From assembly GCF_006345805.1 (NCBI RefSeq), contig NW_021824682.1, positions 1 to 36,231 on the forward strand: a stretch of 36,231 bases of DNA. Reading direction: 5' to 3'. The DNA comes from Octopus sinensis (taxonomy: Eukaryota). Below are positions 35,784-36,231 of this stretch, in pieces; positions within the stretch are counted from its first letter, which is position 1; each line of letters begins with the position of its first letter. A program made the translations under genes and the position numbers. The notes beneath the pieces were generated by a model. It was not told the origin of the DNA and searched no databases. It worked only from the letters and a program-made list of their open reading frames with translations.

Positions 35784-36231
35784 AATTCCAAACTAAAAGA
35801 AATTCCAAAAGAACTCCTAAATATAAAAAACATACAAGTAATTATTTTTAAATAATCAAGTTCTTAAATCTATCGAAAAACAATCTAAAAATATTACCAA
35901 ATTCATTTTTTGATTCCTCCAAAAAGCTCTTTGGATTGATCTTCGCGCCAATCAAATATCACAACTACCTTTGGTCCAATCGCCAAAAGAGTGTGACCTC
36001 AACACACTTCTTCTCGACCGAAACGTCCTGACTTCAATTCCCATTCCCCAACTCATACGGTTTTTTTACATCAAAAAACAGACAGGATTTTTACCAATTT
36101 AAAAAATTTGAGTCTTAGATCAAACCCACTGGACTCAGATTTTAAAAAAATATATAAATCTTAGGCTGCTCTCGGAATGTACGGATATATGACAAATATA
36201 AATAAAGTTGAATTTAAAATTATTTTGATTA
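35784..36231 (+). pseudogene. Partial tandem duplicate of the LRR gene
   Basis: Copy of 35163 onward at offset 621. It lacks the first 17 codons, has a 7-nt insertion near 36042, and runs off the window. Confidence 0.75.

Overview
AT-rich eukaryotic DNA. The host genes have very short (23-32 nt) GT-AG introns and look animal-like (SRA1-like, TSEN54-like, snurportin-like, DNAH1-type dynein); a dicyemid-type genome is an inference, not a demonstration. About 0.8-10 kb is a patchwork of broken host genes, mainly an internally deleted axonemal dynein heavy-chain pseudogene hit by hAT and CRE insertions. About 10-33 kb is a dense, nested transposon pile: Mutator/FLYWCH, several pogo/Tigger, hAT (SPIN/Charlie- and CGGBP1-like), a GIN/Ginger-like integrase, CRE-clade and R4-like RLE LINEs, an I-group LINE, and a Helentron-like non-autonomous element. 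About 33-36 kb holds three compact host genes. Single-base frameshifts occur even in housekeeping genes, so some are probably sequencing indels. The most notable structures are a TSD-flanked CRE insertion with twin-priming-type 5' inversion, a Mutator element flanked by a perfect 80-bp direct repeat, DNA transposons carrying host-sized mini-introns, a MITE inside a TSEN54-like intron, and a near-intact RLE LINE. All family assignments come from motif recognition, not database searches. No clearly new biological system is demonstrated.
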